64,000 nt of DNA from an uncultured Clostridia bacterium (GCA_944388545.1 CALXJE010000003.1:9436-73435); one strand, 5' to 3'; counted from the first letter of the stretch, positions 30,985 to 41,795 are shown. The notes: a model not told the origin generated them from the sequence alone. Made by a program: numbers and translations.

Positions 30985-31067
30985 AATATAAATAGAGAAG
31001 TTAGTTATACTAAATAAAAAGTATAGCTAGCTTTTTTGCATTTAAGAAGATATAAACATGATAAAAA
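30985..31067 (+). repeat. intergenic hairpin repeat, copy C
   Basis: ATAAATAGAGAAGTTAGTTATAC-loop-GTATAGCTAGCTTTTTT...ATTTAA...TATAAACATGATAAAAA. It shares the 5' flank with copy A and the 3' flank with copy D. Confidence 0.7.
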
Positions 31068-31106
31068 GTCATGTTAATATAATTAAAAATAAAGAAAGAG
31101 AGGAAT

Positions 31107-32360
31107 ATGAAAATGGAAAAGAAAAAAGGACAAAGACAAGGAATATCATTAATAGTACTTGTAATAACAATAATAATAATGATAATCTTAGCAGGAGCAA
31201 TAATCTTAGCATTAAATAATAGCGGAGCCATCGGAAGAGCAACAGAGGCAACAGATAAGAGTGATAAAGCAACACTAAAAGAAGCAGCAAATGTAGCATA
31301 CGGAGAATGGACATTAGCAAGGCAGATGGACGGGGAGACAAAAAGTGCAGATGAATATGTAAAAGAAAAGTTAAAAGCACAAGGATTTAGTGATGAAGAT
31401 TTACAATTAGTATATGTAGATGATTCAGGTAAAATGTCAACAGCAACAGTGCCAGAAGGATTTGTAGCATCAGACATAGAAGGAGAAAACACAATAGCAG
31501 GAGGCTTAGTAATATATGAAGGAACGGAGAAAGTTTCAACAGATGTAGATGCCAAAACAACAAGGAATCAATTTGTATGGGTGCCAGTAGATATATCTGA
31601 GTTTACAAGGACAGCATGGTCAAATAATGTCCCAACATCTGGTTTATCATCAATTTTTACAGAGCCATATTCATATAGCACTGATATAGGAATATCAGAA
31701 GCAAATGATTTAACAGGAGAATATGCAGAGTATAAAGCAATGAGAGCAAGTGTAGAAAAATATGGAGGCTTTTATATAGGAAGATATGAAGCAGGAAGTG
31801 AAACAGAAAGAACAAATGTGGCAAATGGAACAACAAACATGGTAGTAAAACAAGATGCATATGTATATAACTATGTAGGATGGGGACCAAGCATGACATC
31901 AGTAGAAGGAGATGTAACAGATCAAGATAGTAAAAATCAAGGAAAAGGAGCAGTAGAACTATCAAGGAATTTATATAAAGATAATATGTCAGTAAAATCG
32001 ACATTAATATATGGAGTGCAGTGGGATGCAACATTAAGATTTATAGCAGATAGTGAGCATAATGTAAGTGATAGTTCGTCATGGGGAAATTATAGTAATA
32101 ATACAGATAGAACAAGTGTAAGTCCAAATAATCCGGCAAAAACAGGAGCACATGAAAATTGGAAAGCAAAGAATATATATGACTTAGCAGGAAATGTGTG
32201 GGAATGGACAATGGAGGCCGATAGTTCTAGTATCCGTGTTTGTCGCGGTGGTGGCTTCTCGGGCCGCGGTTCTTCCTACCCGGCATCTTTTCGTGGCGAC
32301 GGTAGGCCATCTAGTTGCGGCAGTGACGGCGGCTTCCGTCTAGCACTTTATGTAGTATAG
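31107..32360 (+). CDS. pilin-like N-terminal helix + FGE-sulfatase/C-type-lectin-fold domain protein (putative DGR target), copy 1
   Basis: The N-terminus MKMEKKKGQRQG-ISLIVLVITIIIMIILAGAIILALNN is nearly identical to that of the pilin gene at 45098. The C-terminal half carries FGE/SUMF1-type motifs (GFYIGRYE, NIYDLAGNVWEWT, RGGGF, GFRLA). It has a GAGAGGA RBS and an 85-90% identical paralog at 59850..61109. Confidence 0.8.
   Translation: MKMEKKKGQRQGISLIVLVITIIIMIILAGAIILALNNSGAIGRATEATDKSDKATLKEAANVAYGEWTLARQMDGETKSADEYVKEKLKAQGFSDEDLQLVYVDDSGKMSTATVPEGFVASDIEGENTIAGGLVIYEGTEKVSTDVDAKTTRNQFVWVPVDISEFTRTAWSNNVPTSGLSSIFTEPYSYSTDIGISEANDLTGEYAEYKAMRASVEKYGGFYIGRYEAGSETERTNVANGTTNMVVKQDAYVYNYVGWGPSMTSVEGDVTDQDSKNQGKGAVELSRNLYKDNMSVKSTLIYGVQWDATLRFIADSEHNVSDSSSWGNYSNNTDRTSVSPNNPAKTGAHENWKAKNIYDLAGNVWEWTMEADSSSIRVCRGGGFSGRGSSYPASFRGDGRPSSCGSDGGFRLALYVV
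32229..32330 (+). other. putative DGR variable region (VR1)
   Basis: GC-rich, A-poor block. It differs from the paralog at 27 of 102 nt, against about 5 of 130 nt in the preceding sequence. See findings. Confidence 0.6.
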
Positions 32361-32367
32361 AATATAT

Positions 32368-32402
32368 AAACCCTCTCTATAAAATTATAGGGAGGGTTTT
32401 TT
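32368..32402. terminator. hairpin/terminator between convergent genes
   Basis: AAACCCTCTCTATAA-AA-TTATAGGGAGGGTTTTTT. Confidence 0.65.
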
Positions 32403-32412
32403 GTAACTATTT

Positions 32413-32976
32413 TTATTTTATAAGATAATACAGTAAATCAATATATTCGTTAGGGGTAAGTAAAGTTTCCTTACTATCTGTACAACCTATTGAATGTTTT
32501 AATTTATAGCCTTCTTTTTTTACTTTTTTTATAGCATAACAAAATATAGGAGAGTGATTGTATAAAGAAATATAAGCATTTTTTAAAAGAGTTATATAAC
32601 TATTGCTATGTCTATCTATTTCTTTTCCTTGCCAAAAAACTTTTTGTGTAATGCGCCAATCATCAAATAATGTTCGTATACTATAACAAAATGGACCTGT
32701 TTTTGAACAAACATCTTTTTGCACAAACGAATCGTTTACTTTTAGAGATTGTATAAATGATTCCATGGAAGAACAATATACATTATCAAAAGTAAATGGA
32801 TAAGGGCATAGGTTTGAAAGAGCTTTAGAGATACCTTTGCTTTTAAAACTAATATCAATGGTATTTTCCTCATTTAAAGTATAATTACATGATAAATTAT
32901 TACATTCATATAATGTTGATGTTCCTTTTGTCAGTTCTTTGCCACATTTTGGACAGTGCAAAATTAAATTACTCAT
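32413..32976 (-). CDS. zinc-ribbon protein with weak NADAR/YbiA-like C-terminal region (tentative)
   Basis: N-terminal CPKCGKEL...CNNLSCNY zinc ribbon. The segment LSNLCPYPFTFDNVYCSSMESFIQSLKV resembles the FSNF-P-F-x-G-x-Y-S-EH-FQ-K core of NADAR/DUF1768 proteins. AGGAGG RBS. Confidence 0.35.
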   Translation of the reverse strand: MSNLILHCPKCGKELTKGTSTLYECNNLSCNYTLNEENTIDISFKSKGISKALSNLCPYPFTFDNVYCSSMESFIQSLKVNDSFVQKDVCSKTGPFCYSIRTLFDDWRITQKVFWQGKEIDRHSNSYITLLKNAYISLYNHSPIFCYAIKKVKKEGYKLKHSIGCTDSKETLLTPNEYIDLLYYLIK

Positions 32977-33130
32977 ATATACCTCCTAAAATTATTTGAA
33001 GATTTTATAATAAGATACTATAACATTATACCACAGTTTATAGCACATATAAAGATGAGCCCTGCAAAAAAATATTGCAAGACTCAAATAAAAATAAGGA
33101 GGATTTAACAATGTAATATATAGTTATATA

Positions 33131-33322
33131 TCATTTTTTATCTGGAAGTAAAAGAGCAAGAAGTATATAAGCTAGAAGTCCACTTCCATAGCACCAAGAT
33201 AGGATAAAAAATACTAACCGTATAATAGTAACGTCTATGTTTGTTAAGTCAGATATTCCGGCACATACACCAGATATTATTCCTTCTTTATCATTTTTAT
33301 AAAGTTTATTCATTAATATCAC
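33131..33322 (-). CDS. PspC-domain small membrane protein
   Basis: 63 aa. GVCAGISDLTNIDVTIIRLVF matches the PspC domain and is followed by one TM helix. Confidence 0.7.
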   Translation of the reverse strand: MILMNKLYKNDKEGIISGVCAGISDLTNIDVTIIRLVFFILSWCYGSGLLAYILLALLLPDKK

Positions 33323-33494
33323 TCCTAGAAAAAATAGACTGTTTAATATATTAACATAAACATAAAAATAAAAATATAATAATAGTTTATATTAAATTTA
33401 CTTAAAAATCAAGTACTTTATTTATTGTTTTTTGATATATTGTAAGATATAATATAGAAAATAAGTATTATCAAATTTAATTTGGGAGGAACTT

Positions 33495-36400
33495 ATGGCT
33501 AGGGATTTTGTACATTTACATATGCATACAGAATATAGTCTTTTAGACGGCGCAAATAGAATAAAGGATTTAGTTAAAAAGGTAAAAGAGTTAAATATGA
33601 ATGCGGTAGCAATTACTGACCATGGTAATATGTTTGGAGTAATAGAATTATATAAAGAATGTAAAGCAAATGGAATAAAGCCAATACTTGGAATGGAAGC
33701 ATATGTTGCACCTAGAAGTAGACTTGAAAAGGAAGGTAAAGTAGACTCTGAGCCAAACCATTTGATACTGCTTGCGATGAATAACATAGGATATAAAAAT
33801 ATAGTAAAACTTTGTTCAATAGGATATACTGAAGGCTTTTATTATAAACCTCGAATAGATATAGAAGTTTTAGAAAAGTATAACGAAGGTATTATAGTTC
33901 TTTCTGGTTGCTTAGCAGGAGCTGTTCCAAGAAAAATATTAGAAGGAGATTTAAATGGAGCAAAGGAAATTATTTTAAAATATAAAGAGATATTTAAAGA
34001 TAGATACTATTTAGAAATACAAGATAATAAATATAGCGATCAAATGATAGTTAACCAAAACCTAGTAAAAATGTCAAAAGAATTAGGAGTGCCACTTGTA
34101 GCTACAAATGACTGTCACTATCTAACTAAAGATGATTATTATGCACATGAAGTTCTTCTTTGTATACAAACAAGAAAAAAAATTACAGATGAAGATAGAA
34201 TGTCATTTGAGAAAAATGAATTTTACGTTAAGTCAAAAGAAGAAATGGAAGACTCTTTTAAAAACCTTTTAGAAGCAATTGATAATACTCAGAGGATAGC
34301 GGATAGATGTAGTGTAGAAATAGAATTTGGACATACTATACTTCCTCATATTGATGTAGGAGAAGGAGTATCACATTTAGAATATTTTAAGAAGATATGC
34401 TATGATGGATTAAAGTCAAAATATACGGGAGATAGATATAAAGAGGCGGAAGAAAGATTAAAATATGAAATAGAGGTAATAGAGAAAATGGGATACATAG
34501 ACTATTTCCTTATAGTTGCTGACTTTATAAAATATGCTAAAGATAACGGTATACCAGTAGGACCTGGACGTGGTTCTGGAGCAGGATCTATAGCTGCATA
34601 TTTAAGTGGAATAACAGATATAGATCCTCTTAAATTTAACTTAATATTTGAACGTTTTTTGAATCCTGAAAGAATAAGTATGCCAGATTTTGATGTAGAT
34701 TTTTGTTATGAGAGAAGAGAAGAAGTTATTGAATATGTTTCAAGAAAGTATGGAAGAGACCATGTAGCTCAAATTATAACATTTGGGACAATGGCAGCAA
34801 GAAATGCAATAAGAGATACAGCAAGAGCATTAGATATATCCTATCAAAAGGCAGATATAGTTGCAAAGCTAGTACCTCAAGAGATTAAAATGACAATAGA
34901 TAAAGCATTAAATATTTCTCAAGAATTAAAAACATTATATGAAACAGATGAAGAAGTTAAAAACCTTATAGATATTGCAAAAAAGATGGAAGGACTTCCA
35001 AGACATGCTTCAACCCATGCAGCTGGTGTTGTTATAACTAAAGATCCTGTAGATACATATGTACCGTTATATTTAAATCAAGATGCTATTTCAACTCAAT
35101 TTACAATGACAACATTAGAAGAATTAGGATTATTAAAGATGGATTTTTTAGGTCTTAGGACATTAACAGTTATATCTGATGCAATATATCTTGTTAAAAA
35201 AATACACGGTATAGATGTAGATTTTGGTAAGGAATATGATGATAAAGAAGTATATAAAATGCTTTCTGAAGGTAAAGCAACCGGTGTATTTCAAATGGAA
35301 AGCGGTGGTTTTAGAAATGTAATGAAAGAACTAAAACCAAACTGTTTAGAAGATATAATTGTTATGATATCATTATATAGACCAGGCCCAATGGATCAAA
35401 TTCCTAGATATATAAAAAATAAAAATAACAAAGGGGAAATTGAATATACACACAAGGCATTGGAGCCAATACTTAATGTAACGTATGGATGTATGGTATA
35501 TCAAGAGCAAGTTATGCAAATATTTAGAGACTTAGCAGGATATAGTTTAGGAAGAGCTGATTTAGTAAGGCGTGCAATGGGAAAGAAAAAGCTAGATGTT
35601 ATGAATAAGGAAAGACAGATATTTATAAATGGACTAAAAGATGAAAGCGGTAATTATATTATAGATGGAGCTGTAAGAAGAGGTATAGATGAAACTTCTG
35701 CAAATAAAATATTTGATGAAATGGCAGAATTTGCAAAGTATGCATTCAATAAATCACATGCTGCAGCTTATGCAGTAGTATCCTATCAGACGGCATATTT
35801 AAAGACTCATTATCCGGCAGAGTTCATGGCGGCTACTATGAATAGTATGCTTGGAAATCTAGATAAGATACCAGAGTATATAGCAGAGTGCAAGTTATCT
35901 AATATAGAAGTATTAAGACCAGATATTAATGAAAGTTATGCAAGGTTTGCTGTAATAAATTCAAAGATAAGATTTGCTCTTGCTTCTATAAAAAATGTAG
36001 GAGAAGGCGCAATTGAAACTATAGTTAAAGAGAGAAAACAAAACGGAAAATATTTAGGATTTATTGATTTTTTAAAAAGAGTAGAGTCAGAAAAGGTAAA
36101 TAAAAAATGTATAGAATCATTGATAAAGGCTGGCGCTTTTGATGAGATAGAGCCAAAATACACAAGAAGAGATTTATTAGAAAATTTTGAGAATATAATT
36201 GAATCTATAAATTCTGAAAGAAGAAATAATATTAAAAACCAAGTCAATATCTTTGATACAATAGCAGATAGTAAAGAAGAAAATACAGTTTCTCTTTCTA
36301 TAAAAAAAAGTAATAATGAAATTACTAAAAAAGAAATGTTAGATATGGAAAAAGAGATGATGGGACTATATATATCTGGTCATCCACTTGATGAATATAT

Positions 36401-36983
36401 GAAGGAGATTAAAAAGATATCTACTGTTTCTACAAAAGATCTAGAATCAGAAGAAGATAGCATAGATACAATAGAAAGAAATGAACTTGCAAAAAAATAT
36501 GATGGAACAGATCAAACTATTTGTGTAATCGTATCTTCAATGAAACAGATTTATACTAAAAATAACAAATTAATGGCATTTCTTTTGATAGAAGATTTGT
36601 ACGGAAGTATGGAAGCCGTTATTTTTCCTACAGTGTATGATAAATATGGAAAAGATTTAAAAGTGGGAGAAGTGTTTGAACTTAAAGGTAAGATAAGTTT
36701 AAAAGAAGGAGAAAAAGCAAAAATTCTAGTAAATAGCATAAGGAAACTAGGAAAATATTCAAAAATATATATAAAGGTATCAGGCGAAGTAAATGAAAAA
36801 GAAATATTAGATAAAGTAATATCTAATGTGATTGTAACAGATGGTAACGTACCAATATACATATATTTTGAAGAAAAAGATGAGTTAAAACTTCTTTCTA
36901 AAAAGTGGTGGACAGAAATAGATGATAGTTTAATAGAAAATTTGACTAATGTTTTTGGAAAATCAAACGTAAAACTTTGTTAA
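33495..36983 (+). CDS. dnaE: DNA polymerase III alpha subunit (DnaE type)
   Basis: 1162 aa with an N-terminal PHP domain (FVHLHMHTEYSLLDGA), a polymerase core (PDFDVDF, GLLKMDFLGL), and a C-terminal OB fold. Confidence 0.95.
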   Translation: MARDFVHLHMHTEYSLLDGANRIKDLVKKVKELNMNAVAITDHGNMFGVIELYKECKANGIKPILGMEAYVAPRSRLEKEGKVDSEPNHLILLAMNNIGYKNIVKLCSIGYTEGFYYKPRIDIEVLEKYNEGIIVLSGCLAGAVPRKILEGDLNGAKEIILKYKEIFKDRYYLEIQDNKYSDQMIVNQNLVKMSKELGVPLVATNDCHYLTKDDYYAHEVLLCIQTRKKITDEDRMSFEKNEFYVKSKEEMEDSFKNLLEAIDNTQRIADRCSVEIEFGHTILPHIDVGEGVSHLEYFKKICYDGLKSKYTGDRYKEAEERLKYEIEVIEKMGYIDYFLIVADFIKYAKDNGIPVGPGRGSGAGSIAAYLSGITDIDPLKFNLIFERFLNPERISMPDFDVDFCYERREEVIEYVSRKYGRDHVAQIITFGTMAARNAIRDTARALDISYQKADIVAKLVPQEIKMTIDKALNISQELKTLYETDEEVKNLIDIAKKMEGLPRHASTHAAGVVITKDPVDTYVPLYLNQDAISTQFTMTTLEELGLLKMDFLGLRTLTVISDAIYLVKKIHGIDVDFGKEYDDKEVYKMLSEGKATGVFQMESGGFRNVMKELKPNCLEDIIVMISLYRPGPMDQIPRYIKNKNNKGEIEYTHKALEPILNVTYGCMVYQEQVMQIFRDLAGYSLGRADLVRRAMGKKKLDVMNKERQIFINGLKDESGNYIIDGAVRRGIDETSANKIFDEMAEFAKYAFNKSHAAAYAVVSYQTAYLKTHYPAEFMAATMNSMLGNLDKIPEYIAECKLSNIEVLRPDINESYARFAVINSKIRFALASIKNVGEGAIETIVKERKQNGKYLGFIDFLKRVESEKVNKKCIESLIKAGAFDEIEPKYTRRDLLENFENIIESINSERRNNIKNQVNIFDTIADSKEENTVSLSIKKSNNEITKKEMLDMEKEMMGLYISGHPLDEYMKEIKKISTVSTKDLESEEDSIDTIERNELAKKYDGTDQTICVIVSSMKQIYTKNNKLMAFLLIEDLYGSMEAVIFPTVYDKYGKDLKVGEVFELKGKISLKEGEKAKILVNSIRKLGKYSKIYIKVSGEVNEKEILDKVISNVIVTDGNVPIYIYFEEKDELKLLSKKWWTEIDDSLIENLTNVFGKSNVKLC

Positions 36984-36999
36984 TAAAAATATAATTAAA

Positions 37000-37060
37000 A
37001 AAGCTAGTTATACAAGTATAGCTAGTTTTTTATATTTAATTGGTATAAACATGATAAAAA
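37000..37060 (+). repeat. intergenic hairpin repeat, copy D
   Basis: AAGCTAGTTATAC-AA-GTATAGCTAGTTTTTT...ATTTAA...TATAAACATGATAAAAA. Confidence 0.7.
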
Positions 37061-37218
37061 CTAATATAACAATACATAATATAAGTATATTAGAAAAGAA
37101 TACGAGTATAAATAAAAAGCTATATTTTTTGTTAAAAAAGCTTAAAATGTTGCATTAAATGTAAAATAGTGATATCATTCTATTTTGTAAAGATTATTTT
37201 TTAAAGGAGTTAATATAA

Positions 37219-38184
37219 ATGAAAAAAGAAAATCAGCAAGAATTATTTTATGCAGGAATTCCAACTTTTGTTGGAGGAGATTATGTAAATATAGACGAAT
37301 GTAACAATTATGATGTTGCAGTTATTGGAGTACCATATGATGAAGGTGCAAGCTATAGAGAAGGATGTAAAAAAGCACCTAGAAGAATAAGAGAATACTC
37401 AGCTTGGAAAAGATTTGATAAAGAAGAATGCTATGATTATGATAATCGTAGATATGCTAAAACAAATGTATTAAATGTTTGTGATTTAGGAGATATAAAC
37501 ATATTTAAAGGGAATAGTGTAAAAACTCAAAATGAAATAACAAGCGTAGTATCTAAGATTTCTAAAGTTACATTTCCTGTAATTTTGGGTGGAGATCATA
37601 GTATAACTTATGGTGCATATAAAGGAGTAAAAGAAGGGACTGGTTTAAAAAAAATAGGTCTTATACAGTTTGATGCACATAATGATACAGAGCCAGATGA
37701 TGAGCATCTACCAGAAATATGTCATTCAACACAATTTACTCATTTAATAAATGAAGGATATTTAGACGGAAGTAAAATGATTGCTATAGGATTAAGAGGA
37801 TTTGTTGATAGAAGATGGCATGATTTTGCAGTGGAGAAGGGTATAAACATTATAACAGCAAATGAATTTAATTCAATGAGCGCAGATGAAGTTATTAAAT
37901 ATATTAAGAATGTATTTAAAGACTGTGATGGAGTATATGTAACTTTTGATATGGATAGTTTAGAGGCTGCGTATTCAGAAGGTGTTGGTACACCTAAATA
38001 TAACGGATTAAAGATAATGAAAGTTTTAGATGTAATAAGACGATTAAATGAAATTAATGTAAAAGCTTTTGATTTAGTAGAGTTATGTCCAGATTATGAT
38101 GCTACAGGAATAACAGGCTTTATGGCATGGGAGATATTAAATAATTTCTTAAGTTTTGGGTATAATAAAAAAGAAGAAAAATAG
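37219..38184 (+). CDS. arginase/agmatinase-family ureohydrolase
   Basis: Mn-binding motifs GGDHSITYG, FDAHNDT and TFDMDSL. 321 aa. The substrate cannot be determined from the sequence. Confidence 0.8.
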   Translation: MKKENQQELFYAGIPTFVGGDYVNIDECNNYDVAVIGVPYDEGASYREGCKKAPRRIREYSAWKRFDKEECYDYDNRRYAKTNVLNVCDLGDINIFKGNSVKTQNEITSVVSKISKVTFPVILGGDHSITYGAYKGVKEGTGLKKIGLIQFDAHNDTEPDDEHLPEICHSTQFTHLINEGYLDGSKMIAIGLRGFVDRRWHDFAVEKGINIITANEFNSMSADEVIKYIKNVFKDCDGVYVTFDMDSLEAAYSEGVGTPKYNGLKIMKVLDVIRRLNEINVKAFDLVELCPDYDATGITGFMAWEILNNFLSFGYNKKEEK

Positions 38185-38196
38185 AGGTGTATTTAA

Positions 38197-39675
38197 GTGA
38201 TAACGTTAGATAAAATATTTAAAGTGTTGGAAGATGCAGGACAAGTAGTCAGATATTCAAGAAATCTAAAGTTTGAAGATATAGAACTTAATCATTTATC
38301 ATATAATTCTAAAGATATAAAGCCTAAAACACTATTTATATGTAAAGGAAAGCTTTTTAAATCTGAATATTTGGAAGATGCAGTAAATAGAGGAGTTACA
38401 GTTTATGTATCTGAGACATATTATGAAAATATATCTGAAAACGTAGCATATATAATCGTAAAAGATATAAGAGAGGCGATGTATAAAATTTCTAATGTGT
38501 TTTACGATTTTGCATGGAAGAATATAAAAATAGTTGGGCTTACTGGAACAAAAGGGAAAACTACTACAACATATTATTTGAAAAATATACTTAATAAACA
38601 TTTAAATAAAAGGTGCGCTGTAATTTCTACAATAGATACATATACTGGAATAACAGACGAAGAGTCACATTTAACAACGCCTGAGGCTCCAGATTTACAC
38701 AGGTTATTTTACGAAACAAATAAAAGTAACATACCCATACTCGTAATGGAAGTAGCTTCTCAAGGGTATAAAGTAAAAAGAGTAAATGATGTAATTTTTG
38801 ATATAGGAGTATTTTTAAATATATCAGAAGATCATATAAGTGATGCTGAGCATCCAAATTTTGAAGACTATTTAAATTGTAAGTTGGAGTTTATGAGAAA
38901 TGTTAAAACTGCAATTATAAATAGAAATACTGATTTTTATGAAACTGTTATAGATGCTGCAAAAAATGCAGATAAAATAATTACCTATGGAACAGATGAA
39001 AAAGCAGATTATTATGTATCTGATATTCATAAAGATGAAATATATACAGTATTTAATGTTAATAACGGTGATTATAAAAAAGAATTTAGAACTAATATGC
39101 AAGGAAGATTTAATGTAGAAAATGCACTTGCAGCAATTGTAGTTGCAAAACAGCTTGGAGTAAGTGATGAAGATATTGCATATGGTATAGAAAATACAGA
39201 AGTAAAAGGCAGAATGAATGTGTTTGAAAAAGACGGTATTACTGTTATAGTAGATTATGCACATAATAAACTTAGTTTCACTAAGTTATATGAATCGCTT
39301 ATTTTAGATTATTCGGGAAGGAAAATAATCTCTGTAGGAGGAGGACCTGGAGGAAAAGCATATGCAAGAAGAAAGGATTTTGGAGAAATAGTTGGTAAAT
39401 ATTCTAATTATATATACTTAACTGCCGAAGATCCTCAGTTTGAGAGTGTAGAAGATATTTGTATGGATATAGCATCGTATATAGATAAAGGTAAATATGA
39501 AATAGTAGAAGATAGAAAAGAAGCAGTACTTAAAGCTTTAAATAATGCTAAATCAGGAGATGTTGTAGTTCTTCTTGCAAAAGGGGAAGAAAATTATCAA
39601 AAAGTAAGAGGTGTTTTTACACCGTATGAGTCTGATCTTAAACTTACTGAAGATTGGGTAAATGGTAAAATATAA
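38197..39675 (+). CDS. murE: UDP-N-acetylmuramoyl-L-alanyl-D-glutamate ligase (MurE family)
   Basis: Mur ligase P-loop GLTGTKGKTTTTY with central and C-terminal Mur domains. It has EDPQFE where DAP-type enzymes carry DNPR, so the third-residue specificity is uncertain. GTG start after GAGGTG. Confidence 0.8.
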   Translation: MITLDKIFKVLEDAGQVVRYSRNLKFEDIELNHLSYNSKDIKPKTLFICKGKLFKSEYLEDAVNRGVTVYVSETYYENISENVAYIIVKDIREAMYKISNVFYDFAWKNIKIVGLTGTKGKTTTTYYLKNILNKHLNKRCAVISTIDTYTGITDEESHLTTPEAPDLHRLFYETNKSNIPILVMEVASQGYKVKRVNDVIFDIGVFLNISEDHISDAEHPNFEDYLNCKLEFMRNVKTAIINRNTDFYETVIDAAKNADKIITYGTDEKADYYVSDIHKDEIYTVFNVNNGDYKKEFRTNMQGRFNVENALAAIVVAKQLGVSDEDIAYGIENTEVKGRMNVFEKDGITVIVDYAHNKLSFTKLYESLILDYSGRKIISVGGGPGGKAYARRKDFGEIVGKYSNYIYLTAEDPQFESVEDICMDIASYIDKGKYEIVEDRKEAVLKALNNAKSGDVVVLLAKGEENYQKVRGVFTPYESDLKLTEDWVNGKI

Positions 39676-39760
39676 ATATAAATGTCGAATTTGTAAAAGA
39701 AAAATCTAAAATGCTCTAATAAAAATACAATTGTTGATGGACAAATTATATAAATGGTAT

Positions 39761-39797
39761 ATATAGCCTAAGCGTATAGCTTTGGCTATATTTTTAT
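39761..39797 (+). terminator. intrinsic terminator after murE
   Basis: ATATAGCC-loop-GGCTATAT followed by TTTTAT. Confidence 0.55.
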
Positions 39798-39813
39798 ATA
39801 TAAGGAGGGAAAA

Positions 39814-41699
<1,886 letters not shown>

Positions 41700-41748
41700 A
41701 TGATGTAATGGTTGTCTAAAAATAGAGTTAAATTTTAAAACTATTAAA

Positions 41749-41795
41749 GGAGTATTTTCAATAAAGATATTTGTTGGGAATACTCCTCCTATTTT
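41749..41795 (+). terminator. intrinsic terminator after groEL
   Basis: GGAGTATT-loop-AATACTCC followed by TCCTATTTTT. Confidence 0.55.

Noticed and set aside
31010-31555. Long antisense ORFs opposite the two FGE-pilin genes (31010..31555, 31069..31380, 31657..32034, 59780..60010, 59827..60099, 60130..60396).
   Set aside because: They mirror the T-poor, A-ending codon usage of the + strand genes, which leaves few stop codons on the opposite strand. They translate to low-complexity L/S/I-rich peptides and have no RBS. The + strand genes have clear domain motifs.
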